A DNA stretch of 64,000 nucleotides, taken from positions 6,574 to 70,573 of the forward strand of contig CAWIYI010000048.1 of the NCBI GenBank assembly GCA_963840245.1, given 5' to 3'. The notes under the pieces were generated by a model. That model saw only the letters and a list, made by a program, of their open reading frames with translations, was not told the DNA's origin and did no database searches. Shown piece by piece: positions 18,759 to 27,107 of the stretch. The first letter of the stretch is position 1; every line of letters begins with the position of its first letter. This DNA is from an uncultured Acidimicrobiaceae bacterium. Its GTDB lineage: Bacteria > Actinomycetota > Acidimicrobiia > Acidimicrobiales > RAAP-2. The translations under genes and the position numbers were made by a program.

Positions 18759-19175
18759 TCAGCCGGCCGTGCTCGAGGCCGGCGTGGTGTCCTTCCTCGA
18801 GCCGCCCTTGTCGGAGCCGCTCTTGTCGGAGCCGCCCTTGTCGGAGCCGCCCTTGTCGGAGCCGCCCTTGTCGGAGCCGCTCTTGTCGGAGCTGCTCTTG
18901 TCGGACGTCGGCTCCTTCTTGGAAGTTGACTCGGTGGCCGCCGTCTCGCTGCTCGAGCCGTCTGCACCATTCTTCCCGGAGCCGTTGCTCCCCGACGCCG
19001 CCCGCGAGTCGGTCTTGTAGAAACCGCTGCCCTTGAGCACGATGCCGACGGCGCCGTAGACCTTGCGCAGCGGGCTGCCGCACTCGGGGCACTCCGTCAG
19101 CGGGTCGTCCGTGAAGCTCTGGACGGCTTCGAGGCGGTGCCCGCAGGCCGTGCAGGCGTATTCGTAGGTAGGCAA
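18759..19175 (-). CDS. FmdB-family CxxC zinc-ribbon protein with Ser/Asp/Lys/Gly repeat tail
   Basis: PTYEYACTACGH...ECPECGS motif. TTG 19175 has GGAGGAG 5 nt upstream (the ORF track starts at 19208). The C-terminal half is low complexity (SDKGG repeats). Confidence 0.75.
   Translation of the reverse strand: MPTYEYACTACGHRLEAVQSFTDDPLTECPECGSPLRKVYGAVGIVLKGSGFYKTDSRAASGSNGSGKNGADGSSSETAATESTSKKEPTSDKSSSDKSGSDKGGSDKGGSDKGGSDKSGSDKGGSRKDTTPASSTAG
18799..18903. repeat. 15-bp tandem repeat, about 7 copies (GAGCCGCCCTTGTCG), in frame within the FmdB-family gene
   Basis: Read directly. Units start at 18799, 18814, 18829, 18844, 18859, 18874 and 18889, with C/T variation. They encode (G/S)GSDK repeats on the minus strand. 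Confidence 0.85.
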
Positions 19176-19290
19176 GGGACTCCTCCGGGGCCGTTGGTTG
19201 GCACTCACTGCCTGAGACTGCCAAGTCTATCCGCCGGAACGGGTCGGCGGCGTCGGACCCCGGCCGTTCCACGTCGTAGACTGCCACCTC

Positions 19291-19782
19291 GTGTCCGACC
19301 GCATGCTGGCCAACCTCGACCCGCTGGGCGGCGCCCGCATGGTCGACGTCACACCCCGTGAGCCCACGCACCGGCGGGCCCTGGCCCGCTGTCGGGTCTC
19401 GATGTTGCCCGAAACGACCACGAAGGTGGCCAACAACGCCATCACCAAGGGTGACGTGCTCGCGGCGGCCCGGATCGCCGGGATCCAGGCGGCCAAGCGC
19501 ACGGCAGAGCTGATCCCGATGTGCCACCCGGTGCTGGTGGGCTCCATCGGGGTCAATTTCTCCATCGGGGACGACTTCGTGGAAGTGGAGGCCCAGGTGG
19601 AGACCGTCGACCGCACCGGGGTCGAGATGGAGGCGATGACAGCGTGCGCGGTCGCCGCCCTCACGGTCTACGACATGTGCAAGTCGTCGGACCGCACCAT
19701 GATGGTGGAGCACCTGGCGCTGTGGGAGAAGTCGGGGGGCCGCTCCGGGCCCTGGCGCCGGTCCTCGGTCAATCACCTCTAG
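19291..19782 (+). CDS. moaC: Cyclic pyranopterin monophosphate synthase MoaC
   Basis: MoaC motifs (MVDVT, KGDVLAAARIAGIQAAKRTAELIPMCHP, TGVEMEAMTA...YDMCK). Confidence 0.9.
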   Translation: MSDRMLANLDPLGGARMVDVTPREPTHRRALARCRVSMLPETTTKVANNAITKGDVLAAARIAGIQAAKRTAELIPMCHPVLVGSIGVNFSIGDDFVEVEAQVETVDRTGVEMEAMTACAVAALTVYDMCKSSDRTMMVEHLALWEKSGGRSGPWRRSSVNHL

Positions 19783-19885
19783 TTCGGCCCGTCCCCATCC
19801 GCCCCGTTCGTTCCACCCCTACGGCTCGACGCTCGCGAGCTGCGCCGGCCGGCCCGCCCGGCACCCTGGTCTACATTCGGTCCCG

Positions 19886-21232
19886 GTGACCCGCGTGGAG
19901 GAGGCGCCCGCCGTCGGCAAGGGGATCGTCGGCGCCGTCACGTCGGAGGTCGGGCGGATCGGCGGCCGCAATGCGGTCATTGCGCGTTCCCTCGGGACCA
20001 TGCGTCGGGGCGCCATCACCCACGCGGACGGGGTGCGGTTGGCCGAGGCGGCCGACCAGGCCGTTGCGCTCGGCATCCCCCTCGTCTTCTTCGTGGCCTC
20101 GAGCGGCGCCGACGTCCTCGACGGTGTGGCCGCGCTCCACGGGTGGGGCCGCGCCGCCGCCGCCATCGCGCGCTGCAGCGGGCAGGTCCCCGTCATCGCG
20201 GCGGCAACCGGCCCGGTGGTCTCTGGCCCCGCGCTGCTCCTGGGCCTCTCGGACCTGGTCGTGATGAGCTCCGAGGCGGTGGCCTTCGTTTCGGGCCCGC
20301 AGATGGTGACGGAGTTCACCGGGATTGAGATCGGGATCGGGGAATTGGGTGGCGCGGCAGTCCACGCCAGGGCGAGCGGACTGTGCGCGGTGCAGTCCGA
20401 CGACGTCGATGGTGCCGTGGCCGAGCTCCTCGACTACCTGCCGTCCAATACCGACCAGGTCCCGCCGTTGGCCCCGGTCAGCGATTCGGTGCGCCGGCCC
20501 ACGCCCGAGCTGCGTGAGGTGATCCCCGAGCGCAAGGCGGCCACCTACGACGCGCGGGACGTGGTCCGGTCGTTGTGCGACGACGGCGAGTTCCGAGAGC
20601 TCTGGCCACGTTGGGCCGGGCAGCTGGTCACCGCCTTCGCGCGGCTGGGGGGGATGCCGGTCGGGTTCGTGGCCAACCAGCCCCGGATCCTGGCGGGCAC
20701 CCTCGACATCGCGGCCTCGCAGAAGGGTGCACGCTTCGTCCGGCTCTGCGACGCCTTCAACCTGCCCATCGTGAGCCTGGTCGACACACCGGGGTTCCTG
20801 CCGGGCAAGGATCTCGAGTGGCGCGGCATGATCCGCCACGGGGCCGAGCTGGCCTTCGCCTACGCGCAGGCGACGGTGCCCCGGTTGTGCCTCATCTTGC
20901 GCAAGGCGTTCGGCGGGGCGTACATCGTCATGGACTCCCGGGGCATCGGCAACGACGTCTGCCTGGCCTGGCCGGGGGCCGAGGTGGCCGTGATGGGGGC
21001 ATCCGGCGCCGTCCAGATCCTCTACCGGGGCCTCGAGCCTGGGGAGCGGTCGGATCGGGAGCTGGCCTACGAGGGGTCCTACCTCAACCCGTGGCCGGCC
21101 GCGGAGCGCGGGCTGGTCGACCAGGTGATCGACCCGGCGGACAGCCGGATCGTGCTGTGCGGGGTCCTGCGCCAGCTCGCCACCAAGAGGGAGCTGGTCG
21201 TGGGCCGGAAGCACGATGCCGGTCCGCAATAG
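19886..21232 (+). CDS. Acyl-CoA carboxylase carboxyltransferase (beta) subunit
   Basis: Carboxyl-transferase domain motifs (GGMPVGFVANQP, GTLDIAASQKGARFVRLCDAFNLPIVSLVDTPGFLPG, RKAFGGAYIVM). No biotin carboxylase gene is adjacent. Confidence 0.85.
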   Translation: MTRVEEAPAVGKGIVGAVTSEVGRIGGRNAVIARSLGTMRRGAITHADGVRLAEAADQAVALGIPLVFFVASSGADVLDGVAALHGWGRAAAAIARCSGQVPVIAAATGPVVSGPALLLGLSDLVVMSSEAVAFVSGPQMVTEFTGIEIGIGELGGAAVHARASGLCAVQSDDVDGAVAELLDYLPSNTDQVPPLAPVSDSVRRPTPELREVIPERKAATYDARDVVRSLCDDGEFRELWPRWAGQLVTAFARLGGMPVGFVANQPRILAGTLDIAASQKGARFVRLCDAFNLPIVSLVDTPGFLPGKDLEWRGMIRHGAELAFAYAQATVPRLCLILRKAFGGAYIVMDSRGIGNDVCLAWPGAEVAVMGASGAVQILYRGLEPGERSDRELAYEGSYLNPWPAAERGLVDQVIDPADSRIVLCGVLRQLATKRELVVGRKHDAGPQ

Positions 21233-21318
21233 GGGGTTCACCAGGGAAAACGTGGATTGTCATCATTCCGTAACGAGGCTGAGTTGCTTTCGACGCCGAA
21301 CCCGGCAATGGATGGGGC

Positions 21319-21645
21319 ATGATCTGCGATGTGGTCCCCCTTAGAGACGACGCCCTGTTCGTCCTCGAGTCCTGCCACAGCACGTGGATCTTCGACACCG
21401 ACCGGATGCGGTTCCGGCGCGTCCTGAAAGGCCTCGCGCTGGACGCCCGCGCCACCACCACCGCGTGGCGGGCGTACTACGGGTTGGAGATGGATCCGAT
21501 TTCGGAGTCGTTCGTCGTCCTGCTCAACCCGGAGGGCACCCGCCTGCTCCGGTCGTGGCGTCATGTGGAGCACTGCCCCCAGTGCGGAGGCAACCAGACC
21601 GCCGAGCTCTCCCTCGACGAACTGCGGAGCGCGTCCCTGGCCTGA
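21319..21645 (+). CDS. Hypothetical protein (108 aa) with C-terminal CPQCGG motif
   Basis: ATG start after a lower-GC 86-bp spacer. Non-repetitive, balanced composition. No family recognised. Confidence 0.5.
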   Translation: MICDVVPLRDDALFVLESCHSTWIFDTDRMRFRRVLKGLALDARATTTAWRAYYGLEMDPISESFVVLLNPEGTRLLRSWRHVEHCPQCGGNQTAELSLDELRSASLA

Positions 21646-21663
21646 GCGCGCACCGGCGCTCAG
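21642..21663. terminator. Hairpin (CTGAGCGC-GCACCG-GCGCTCAG) between convergent genes
   Basis: Perfect 8-bp stem read directly. It overlaps the stop of 21319-21645. No U-tract. Confidence 0.3.
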
Positions 21664-21702
21664 AAGTGGAACACCGACGCGACGGCGAGCACTCGCCTTC
21701 CG

Positions 21703-22344
21703 CTACTTCCATTGGCCTCGCACGAACTCCGCATAGGCGTTGGCCATGTGCTCGGGCAGGAGCGGTGGCACCCGGCGGGTCACGCGGAGCACGGCGGCGT
21801 CGACGGACGGCACGGGCCGGAAGGAGTCGGCAGGGAACCGCCGTCCCATGGTGAAGGACCACCACGGCGCCCATGTCGTGGACAGCAGCGTCGTCGGGGG
21901 CACCGCGGCCCGCTTGCGCGCCACCTCGCACTGGACGAGCAGATCGGCGCGCCGTAGGCCGCTGCCCGGGTCGTCGAGCAGGTGGCGGAGCAGGGATGTG
22001 GTGGCACCGAAGGGGATGGAGCCCATCGCCCGGAACGGACGGCTCGGCATCGGGTAGCGGAGCGCGTCGCAGCACACGACGGTGACGTGGGCCACGCCCT
22101 GCCGACGCAGGGTGTGACGCAACTGCTCCGCCCAGTGCGGGTCGCGTTCCAGCGCAATGACGTCAACGCCGCGCCGGGCGAGCGCGAGGGTGCAGGCGCC
22201 GCGCCCGGCGCCGATCTCGACCACGAGATCACCCGCCTCGAACGCCGCGTCGGCGACGAGGACGTCGGCGAGGTCAGGCCGGAGGAAGTTCTGGCCGAGA
22301 CGGCGCCGTCGCTCGTCCCGCGGTGTCCGCTTGCCCGCGGACAC
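21703..22344 (-). CDS. Short Erm/KsgA-family rRNA adenine N6-methyltransferase (Erm(37)-like, lacks C-terminal domain)
   Basis: LGQNFL motif, SAM-binding VVEIGAGRGACT, and catalytic-region SIPFGATTSLLRHLL. Only about 22 residues follow the PVPSVDAAVLRVTRR strand, for 213 aa in total. Confidence 0.75.
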   Translation of the reverse strand: MSAGKRTPRDERRRRLGQNFLRPDLADVLVADAAFEAGDLVVEIGAGRGACTLALARRGVDVIALERDPHWAEQLRHTLRRQGVAHVTVVCCDALRYPMPSRPFRAMGSIPFGATTSLLRHLLDDPGSGLRRADLLVQCEVARKRAAVPPTTLLSTTWAPWWSFTMGRRFPADSFRPVPSVDAAVLRVTRRVPPLLPEHMANAYAEFVRGQWK

Positions 22345-22406
22345 GGAGGACCGTGACCGTGCTCATGGAGACCATTCTGCACCAGGCCAGGAGCGGGGCG
22401 CCACGG

Positions 22407-23264
22407 TCATCCCGGCGGGGGGCCGGACGACCCCTGGCGTCGGTCGCGGCGCTCGGCGCGTTCGATCTCGCGTTCCACGTCGGACCACACCAGCGGATCG
22501 GGATCCTCGGACGCCTGGGCCCTCGTCATGATCACGAACGCCACGGTCCAGAGGACGGCGATGGTGCTCAGCTTGGCCAGGAACCCGGCTAGCTCCTGGT
22601 CGAGGAGGGGGGACAGGCCCGCCACTTTGCCCGGATGGGTGAAGGTGGGGTAGAGCGAGTGCCGGGCGAAGATCCAGACGATGGAGAGGAAGCTGGGCAC
22701 GATCGACTGCACGATGAGATAGCCACCCCGTCCGAGCGCCGAGAGGCGCGGCGTCCCCGGCAGTTCGGTCAGGACCGGCGCCCACAGCACCAGCCCCGAG
22801 GCCAGCACCACGAGCTCGAGCACGACGCGGGCTGCATCCGACCGGGCGGCGAGGCTCACGGCGCCCGTCGTCAAGGTGCCCACGGCCACCACGGTCACGA
22901 TGGCCACGGCGGGCAGCGGGCGGACGACCACGCGCAGCACGGCGTCCACCGCGGGGGGCCGGGTCAGGCGGGCGATGATCGGGCGGGGCGTCCCCAGGAC
23001 CAGGAGGGGCGGCACGGCGAGCGTCAGCAACAGCCGCTGAAGCACGAGCGCCAGGAGCAGCCAGTGGCTGGCCAGGTCGCCCAACGGCCAGGTCACGGCG
23101 GCGAGGAGGAGGACGGCGCCTCCGAGGAACAGGAGCCGCTGGCGCATCGTCGCGCCGTACCCCTCCCGCCGGGTCGCCCCCAGATAGAGAGCCACGAGAG
23201 CAGGGATCGCGAGCAGCCAGAACAGATGGAGATGCCAGTCGAAGGGGCGGCCGGCGGCGATCAC
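22407..23264 (-). CDS. Cytochrome c oxidase assembly factor CtaG-like (Caa3_CtaG family) membrane protein
   Basis: Seven or so TM segments with the family-like pattern HLHLFWLL...LASHWLLLALVLQRLLLTLAVPPLLVLGTP. GTG start at 23264. Confidence 0.65.
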   Translation of the reverse strand: MIAAGRPFDWHLHLFWLLAIPALVALYLGATRREGYGATMRQRLLFLGGAVLLLAAVTWPLGDLASHWLLLALVLQRLLLTLAVPPLLVLGTPRPIIARLTRPPAVDAVLRVVVRPLPAVAIVTVVAVGTLTTGAVSLAARSDAARVVLELVVLASGLVLWAPVLTELPGTPRLSALGRGGYLIVQSIVPSFLSIVWIFARHSLYPTFTHPGKVAGLSPLLDQELAGFLAKLSTIAVLWTVAFVIMTRAQASEDPDPLVWSDVEREIERAERRDRRQGSSGPPPG

Positions 23265-23293
23265 CCGGTGGCGCCCGCCGTAGGCTCTGGGCG

Positions 23294-25270
23294 ATGGAGG
23301 CCCCCGCGAAGCTCGACCGACTCGAGCGCGTCACCGATCTGGTGCTGGTGCTGCTCGACACCCACCAGCCGTTGACGCTCGACGCCATCGCGCACCAGGT
23401 CCCCGGCTATCCCGCCGAGCACGCAGCCCGCCGCCAGGCTTTTGAGCGGGACAAGCGGCTCCTGCGCGACGAGGGCATCCCCGTGCAGACGGAGCGGCTG
23501 CCCGGGCACGAGCAGTACGGGTACCGCATCGACCGGGAGTCGTTCTACCTGCCCGACCTGGCTCTCGAACCCGACGAGCAGATCGCGCTCCAGCTCGCCG
23601 TCGCCGGCGTCCACCTGGGCGATCCTAGCGGTCGGGATGCGCTGCTGAAGCTGGGGGCGGCGGGGTTGGGGGACGTCCGCCCGATTGCATCCATGGTGCC
23701 GCCGGCTGCGCTCATCGAGTTGTTCGAGGCGGTGCGCACGCACGCCACCGCGGGGTTCGCGTACCGGGGAGAAGAACGGCGGGTGGCGGCGGTGGGCCTG
23801 TGGTTCCGCTTCGGCCACTGGTATCTCGTGGCCTGGGATATCGACCGGACCGCCGTGCGGACGTTCCGGGTGGACCGCATCGAGGGCGAGGTCTCCCGCG
23901 GTGACGCGGGCGACGCCGTCGTGCCCGACGACGTCGAGGTGGACGTCAAGGCGGCCCTGCCCGACGAGCCGTGGGAGGTCGAGGGCGAGGACCGCGTCGA
24001 GATGCGGGTCCGGGTCGACGCCGTCGAAGCGCGGCGCGTCGTCGACGAGGTGGGGGAGGACAAGGTGGTGTGCCGCCACGACGACGAGTCCGTCGACCTG
24101 GTGCTGGGCGTCTCGTCCTTCGCGTCCATCCGCTCCTGGGTGCTCGGGCTCCTCGACCACGTCACCGTGCTCGAGCCCGCCCGTTTCCGGCAGGAGCTGG
24201 TCGCCTGGCTCGACGCGGTCGCGGCGCCCGCCCCGCCCCTCCGGGCCGAGCCCCGCGTCCCCGAGGCGGACGGCGGGTCGGCCGACCATGAGCCGGTGGC
24301 GGCGCGTGGCGCGCCCGGGCGAGAAACCAGCCGTCGCTTGCGTCGCCTCTTGGCGTTGGTCGGCTGGCTGGCGCAGGTCGAGGAGGCGCCCATCGCCGAA
24401 GCGGCCGAGCGGTTCGGCATGAGCGAGAAGGAGCTGGTGGCCGAGTTGGAGCTGGCGGCCTGTTGCGGCATCCCGCCCTATACCCCGGACACGCTGATGG
24501 AGATCGAGGTGTCCGAGCATTCCGTCCGCGCCTTCCTGCCGGCGGAGTACGCCCGGCCGCGCCGCCTGACCCCGGCCGAGGGGTTCGCCGTCGCGGCCTC
24601 GGCGCGCCTGCTCCTCGCCGTGCCGGGATCCGAGGACGGCGCACTGCGGCGCGCCCTGGCCAAGCTCGATGCAGCGCTCGGGTCACGCGAGGCGGTCGGC
24701 CTCGATGTCGACGCACCGGCCCACCTCGCTGTGGTCAGGGACGCGGCCGACGCCGGCCGGGCGATCGAGATCGACTACCTCTCGGGGTCGCGGGACGAGT
24801 TGACGACACGTACCGTGGAGCCCGAGCAGGTCGCCACCATCGACGGACACTGGTATCTCGATGCCTACTGCCACCGTGCCGGCGACATGCGGCGCTTCCG
24901 GGTCGACCGGATCGATGCCGTGCGCCCGCTGGAGCAGAGCGCCACGCCGGCGGCCACGCGGGCGCGTCCGCTGGAGGAGATGTTCGTGCCGGGCCCCGGC
25001 GCGGTCGAGGTGCACCTGCAGCTCGGCCCGGGGGCGCAGTGGGTGCCCGAATCCGTCCCCGTGCGCGCCGTGCGGCGGGATCCCGACGGGACCGTGACAG
25101 ACATCCTTCTCGACGTCTCCGGCATGGCCTGGTTCGAGCGGCTCCTGCTCCAACTCGGTCCCGCGGTCCGGGTCGTGAGCCCCCCCGAGCTGACCGGCCT
25201 GGCGGCGGAGGCGGCCCGCCGCGTGCGGGCGCGCTACGAAGAGCCCGCGCCGCTATCGTCGCCAACATGA
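23294..25270 (+). CDS. pafBC: Fused PafB-PafC type HTH/WYL transcriptional regulator (PafBC)
   Basis: 658 aa made of two tandem HTH + WYL-type modules: the first starts KLDRLERVTDLVLVLL..., the second RRLRRLLALVGWLAQVEEAPIAEAAERFGMSEKELV. Each module includes a HWYL motif. Confidence 0.75.
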   Translation: MEAPAKLDRLERVTDLVLVLLDTHQPLTLDAIAHQVPGYPAEHAARRQAFERDKRLLRDEGIPVQTERLPGHEQYGYRIDRESFYLPDLALEPDEQIALQLAVAGVHLGDPSGRDALLKLGAAGLGDVRPIASMVPPAALIELFEAVRTHATAGFAYRGEERRVAAVGLWFRFGHWYLVAWDIDRTAVRTFRVDRIEGEVSRGDAGDAVVPDDVEVDVKAALPDEPWEVEGEDRVEMRVRVDAVEARRVVDEVGEDKVVCRHDDESVDLVLGVSSFASIRSWVLGLLDHVTVLEPARFRQELVAWLDAVAAPAPPLRAEPRVPEADGGSADHEPVAARGAPGRETSRRLRRLLALVGWLAQVEEAPIAEAAERFGMSEKELVAELELAACCGIPPYTPDTLMEIEVSEHSVRAFLPAEYARPRRLTPAEGFAVAASARLLLAVPGSEDGALRRALAKLDAALGSREAVGLDVDAPAHLAVVRDAADAGRAIEIDYLSGSRDELTTRTVEPEQVATIDGHWYLDAYCHRAGDMRRFRVDRIDAVRPLEQSATPAATRARPLEEMFVPGPGAVEVHLQLGPGAQWVPESVPVRAVRRDPDGTVTDILLDVSGMAWFERLLLQLGPAVRVVSPPELTGLAAEAARRVRARYEEPAPLSSPT

Positions 25271-25686
25271 GCGAGATGAGTGATTTCAACCGGGCCGTGA
25301 TCGAGGAGTTCCGGGCCAACGACGGCAAGGTCGGCGGCGGGTTCGCCGGCGCCCCCATGGTGCTGTTGACCACGACCGGTGCCAAGTCGGGGGAGAAGCG
25401 CGTGAACCCCCTCGTCGGGCTCGTCGACGGCGGCACCCTCTACGTGGTCGCCTCCAAGGCGGGCGCACCCACCAGTCCCGACTGGTACCACAACCTGCTC
25501 GCCAACCCCGAGGTCGAGGTGGAGTTCGGCGGTGACCGCTTCGAGGCGACCGCCGTGCCGATCGTCTCGGGACCGGAGCGGGACCGCCTCTACGCCGCCC
25601 AGGTCGCGGCGCAGCCCGGCTTCGCCGACTACGAGAAGGCGACGACGCGGGTCATCCCGATCGTGGAGCTGCGCCGCCGGCCCTGA
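25267..25686 (+). CDS. Deazaflavin (F420H2)-dependent nitroreductase-family oxidoreductase (Ddn-like)
   Basis: ATG 25267 overlaps the pafBC stop (ATGA). Family motifs FNRAVIEEFRANDGKVGG, LLTTTGAKSGEKRVNPL and PDWYHNLLANPEV. Confidence 0.8.
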   Translation: MSEMSDFNRAVIEEFRANDGKVGGGFAGAPMVLLTTTGAKSGEKRVNPLVGLVDGGTLYVVASKAGAPTSPDWYHNLLANPEVEVEFGGDRFEATAVPIVSGPERDRLYAAQVAAQPGFADYEKATTRVIPIVELRRRP

Positions 25687-25741
25687 CCCGCCCGCCGACC
25701 GTTCACCTCCGACACTGCGTCGGGGCTGACGGGAGGTCGCA

Positions 25742-27106
25742 ATGCTCGGGATCCACGGGGTCGGGCGGGACAAAGCCGACTACTACCTTGCCGACCTCGC
25801 CCGCGAACTGCCGGTGTCCGGGCCGGGTCGTTGGGCCGGGACCGCAGCCGCCGCCCTCGGGCTGACGGGACCGGTCGATCCCGACGGCTTCCGGCGGCTG
25901 CTCGAGGGCCGGAATCCCGCCACGGGGGCGGTGCTCGGGACCGGACGGACCATGGTGGCGGCCTTGGACCTGACCTTCAGCGCGCCCAAGTCGGCCAGCG
26001 TGCTGTTCGCGCTGGGCGGTGCGGACGTGGCGAGCGCCGTCGTCGCGGCCCACACCCAGGCGGTCGAGGGCTCGCTCTCGTATCTCGAGCAACACGGCAT
26101 CACCGCGGCACGGCGCGCGGGCCAGGCGAGGGTGGTGCTCCCCACTTCCGGCGCCGTGACGGCCGTCTTCACCCACGGGGTGAGCCGCAACGGTGACCCG
26201 CACGTGCACAGCCACCTCGTGTTGGCCAACCTCGTCCATGGCGCCGACGGACGGTGGGGCGCCTGCGACCGCCGGGGGATCGAGGCGCATCGCATGGCGG
26301 CATCGGCGGTCTACGACGCGCACCTGCGCGCCGCGTTGGTGTCGGCACTGGGCGTGCGGTGGGCCGGAGCGCCCGGGCGCAGCGCAGAAGTCGTGGGGGT
26401 CCGGCCGGAGCTGCTCGGCGCATTCTCGACTCGGGGTGCGGACATCCGCCGCCACATGCACGAAGCCGGGGCCCGCTCGAGCCGTGGCGCCCGCGTCGCC
26501 TGGGCGGCCACCCGTCCCGCCAAGTCGCCCAGCGCACCGTTCGCCGACCTGGCGGCGCGCTGGCAGCTCCGGGCCGCGGCCGTCGGCGTCCCGCTGGAGC
26601 TCGAGCTCGGGCGCGCCCGGTCGCAGCGGGCGGTGCTCGACGAACACCACTTCGCCGGCGTGCTCTCCCTCACGCCCCATGGTGGGGCGCGCCGCCGTGA
26701 CGTCGTGACGGCGTTCGGCGCGGCGGCCCGCGACGGCGTCAGCGCCCCTGCCGCGGCGCGCCTGGTGGACCAGTGGGTGCCACAGGGGCCCGGAGGGGTG
26801 GCGGAACCGCTCCAGTCGCGACGGATGGTCGTGCCGGCGAACCATCACCTGCGCCTCCTGGGTCCCCGCCCGGTCGACCCCGACGACCACGAGGTCTGGC
26901 GGGGCGCCGCCCGCGCCATCGATGCCTACCGGGAGCGGTGGGGTCTCGGGCGGGCCGCGGCGCCGCTCGGCGCGCCGCCGAGCCTGGCCGCGCTGCCCGC
27001 CACCCGTCTGGCCGATCACGTCCGCATCGAACGGGAGCTCGCGGTGGCGCGGGCCCGGCTCGGGTGGCGCGAGCCGTTCACCGCGGAACGCGGGCTGGGA
27101 CGCTGA
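25742..27106 (+). CDS. TrwC/MobF-family relaxase domain protein (no helicase domain)
   Basis: GGGAGG RBS. N-terminal Tyr motif (KADYYL) and histidine triad HGVSRNGDPHVHSHLVLAN. 454 aa. Confidence 0.8.
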   Translation: MLGIHGVGRDKADYYLADLARELPVSGPGRWAGTAAAALGLTGPVDPDGFRRLLEGRNPATGAVLGTGRTMVAALDLTFSAPKSASVLFALGGADVASAVVAAHTQAVEGSLSYLEQHGITAARRAGQARVVLPTSGAVTAVFTHGVSRNGDPHVHSHLVLANLVHGADGRWGACDRRGIEAHRMAASAVYDAHLRAALVSALGVRWAGAPGRSAEVVGVRPELLGAFSTRGADIRRHMHEAGARSSRGARVAWAATRPAKSPSAPFADLAARWQLRAAAVGVPLELELGRARSQRAVLDEHHFAGVLSLTPHGGARRRDVVTAFGAAARDGVSAPAAARLVDQWVPQGPGGVAEPLQSRRMVVPANHHLRLLGPRPVDPDDHEVWRGAARAIDAYRERWGLGRAAAPLGAPPSLAALPATRLADHVRIERELAVARARLGWREPFTAERGLGR

Positions 27107-27107
27107 G

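Noticed and set aside
18799-18903. The regular 15-bp repeats here, and the 66-bp repeats at 29265-29425, were considered as a possible CRISPR-like array.
   Set aside because: The units are directly adjacent with no spacers, are in frame inside coding sequences, and encode peptide repeats. No cas genes are nearby.
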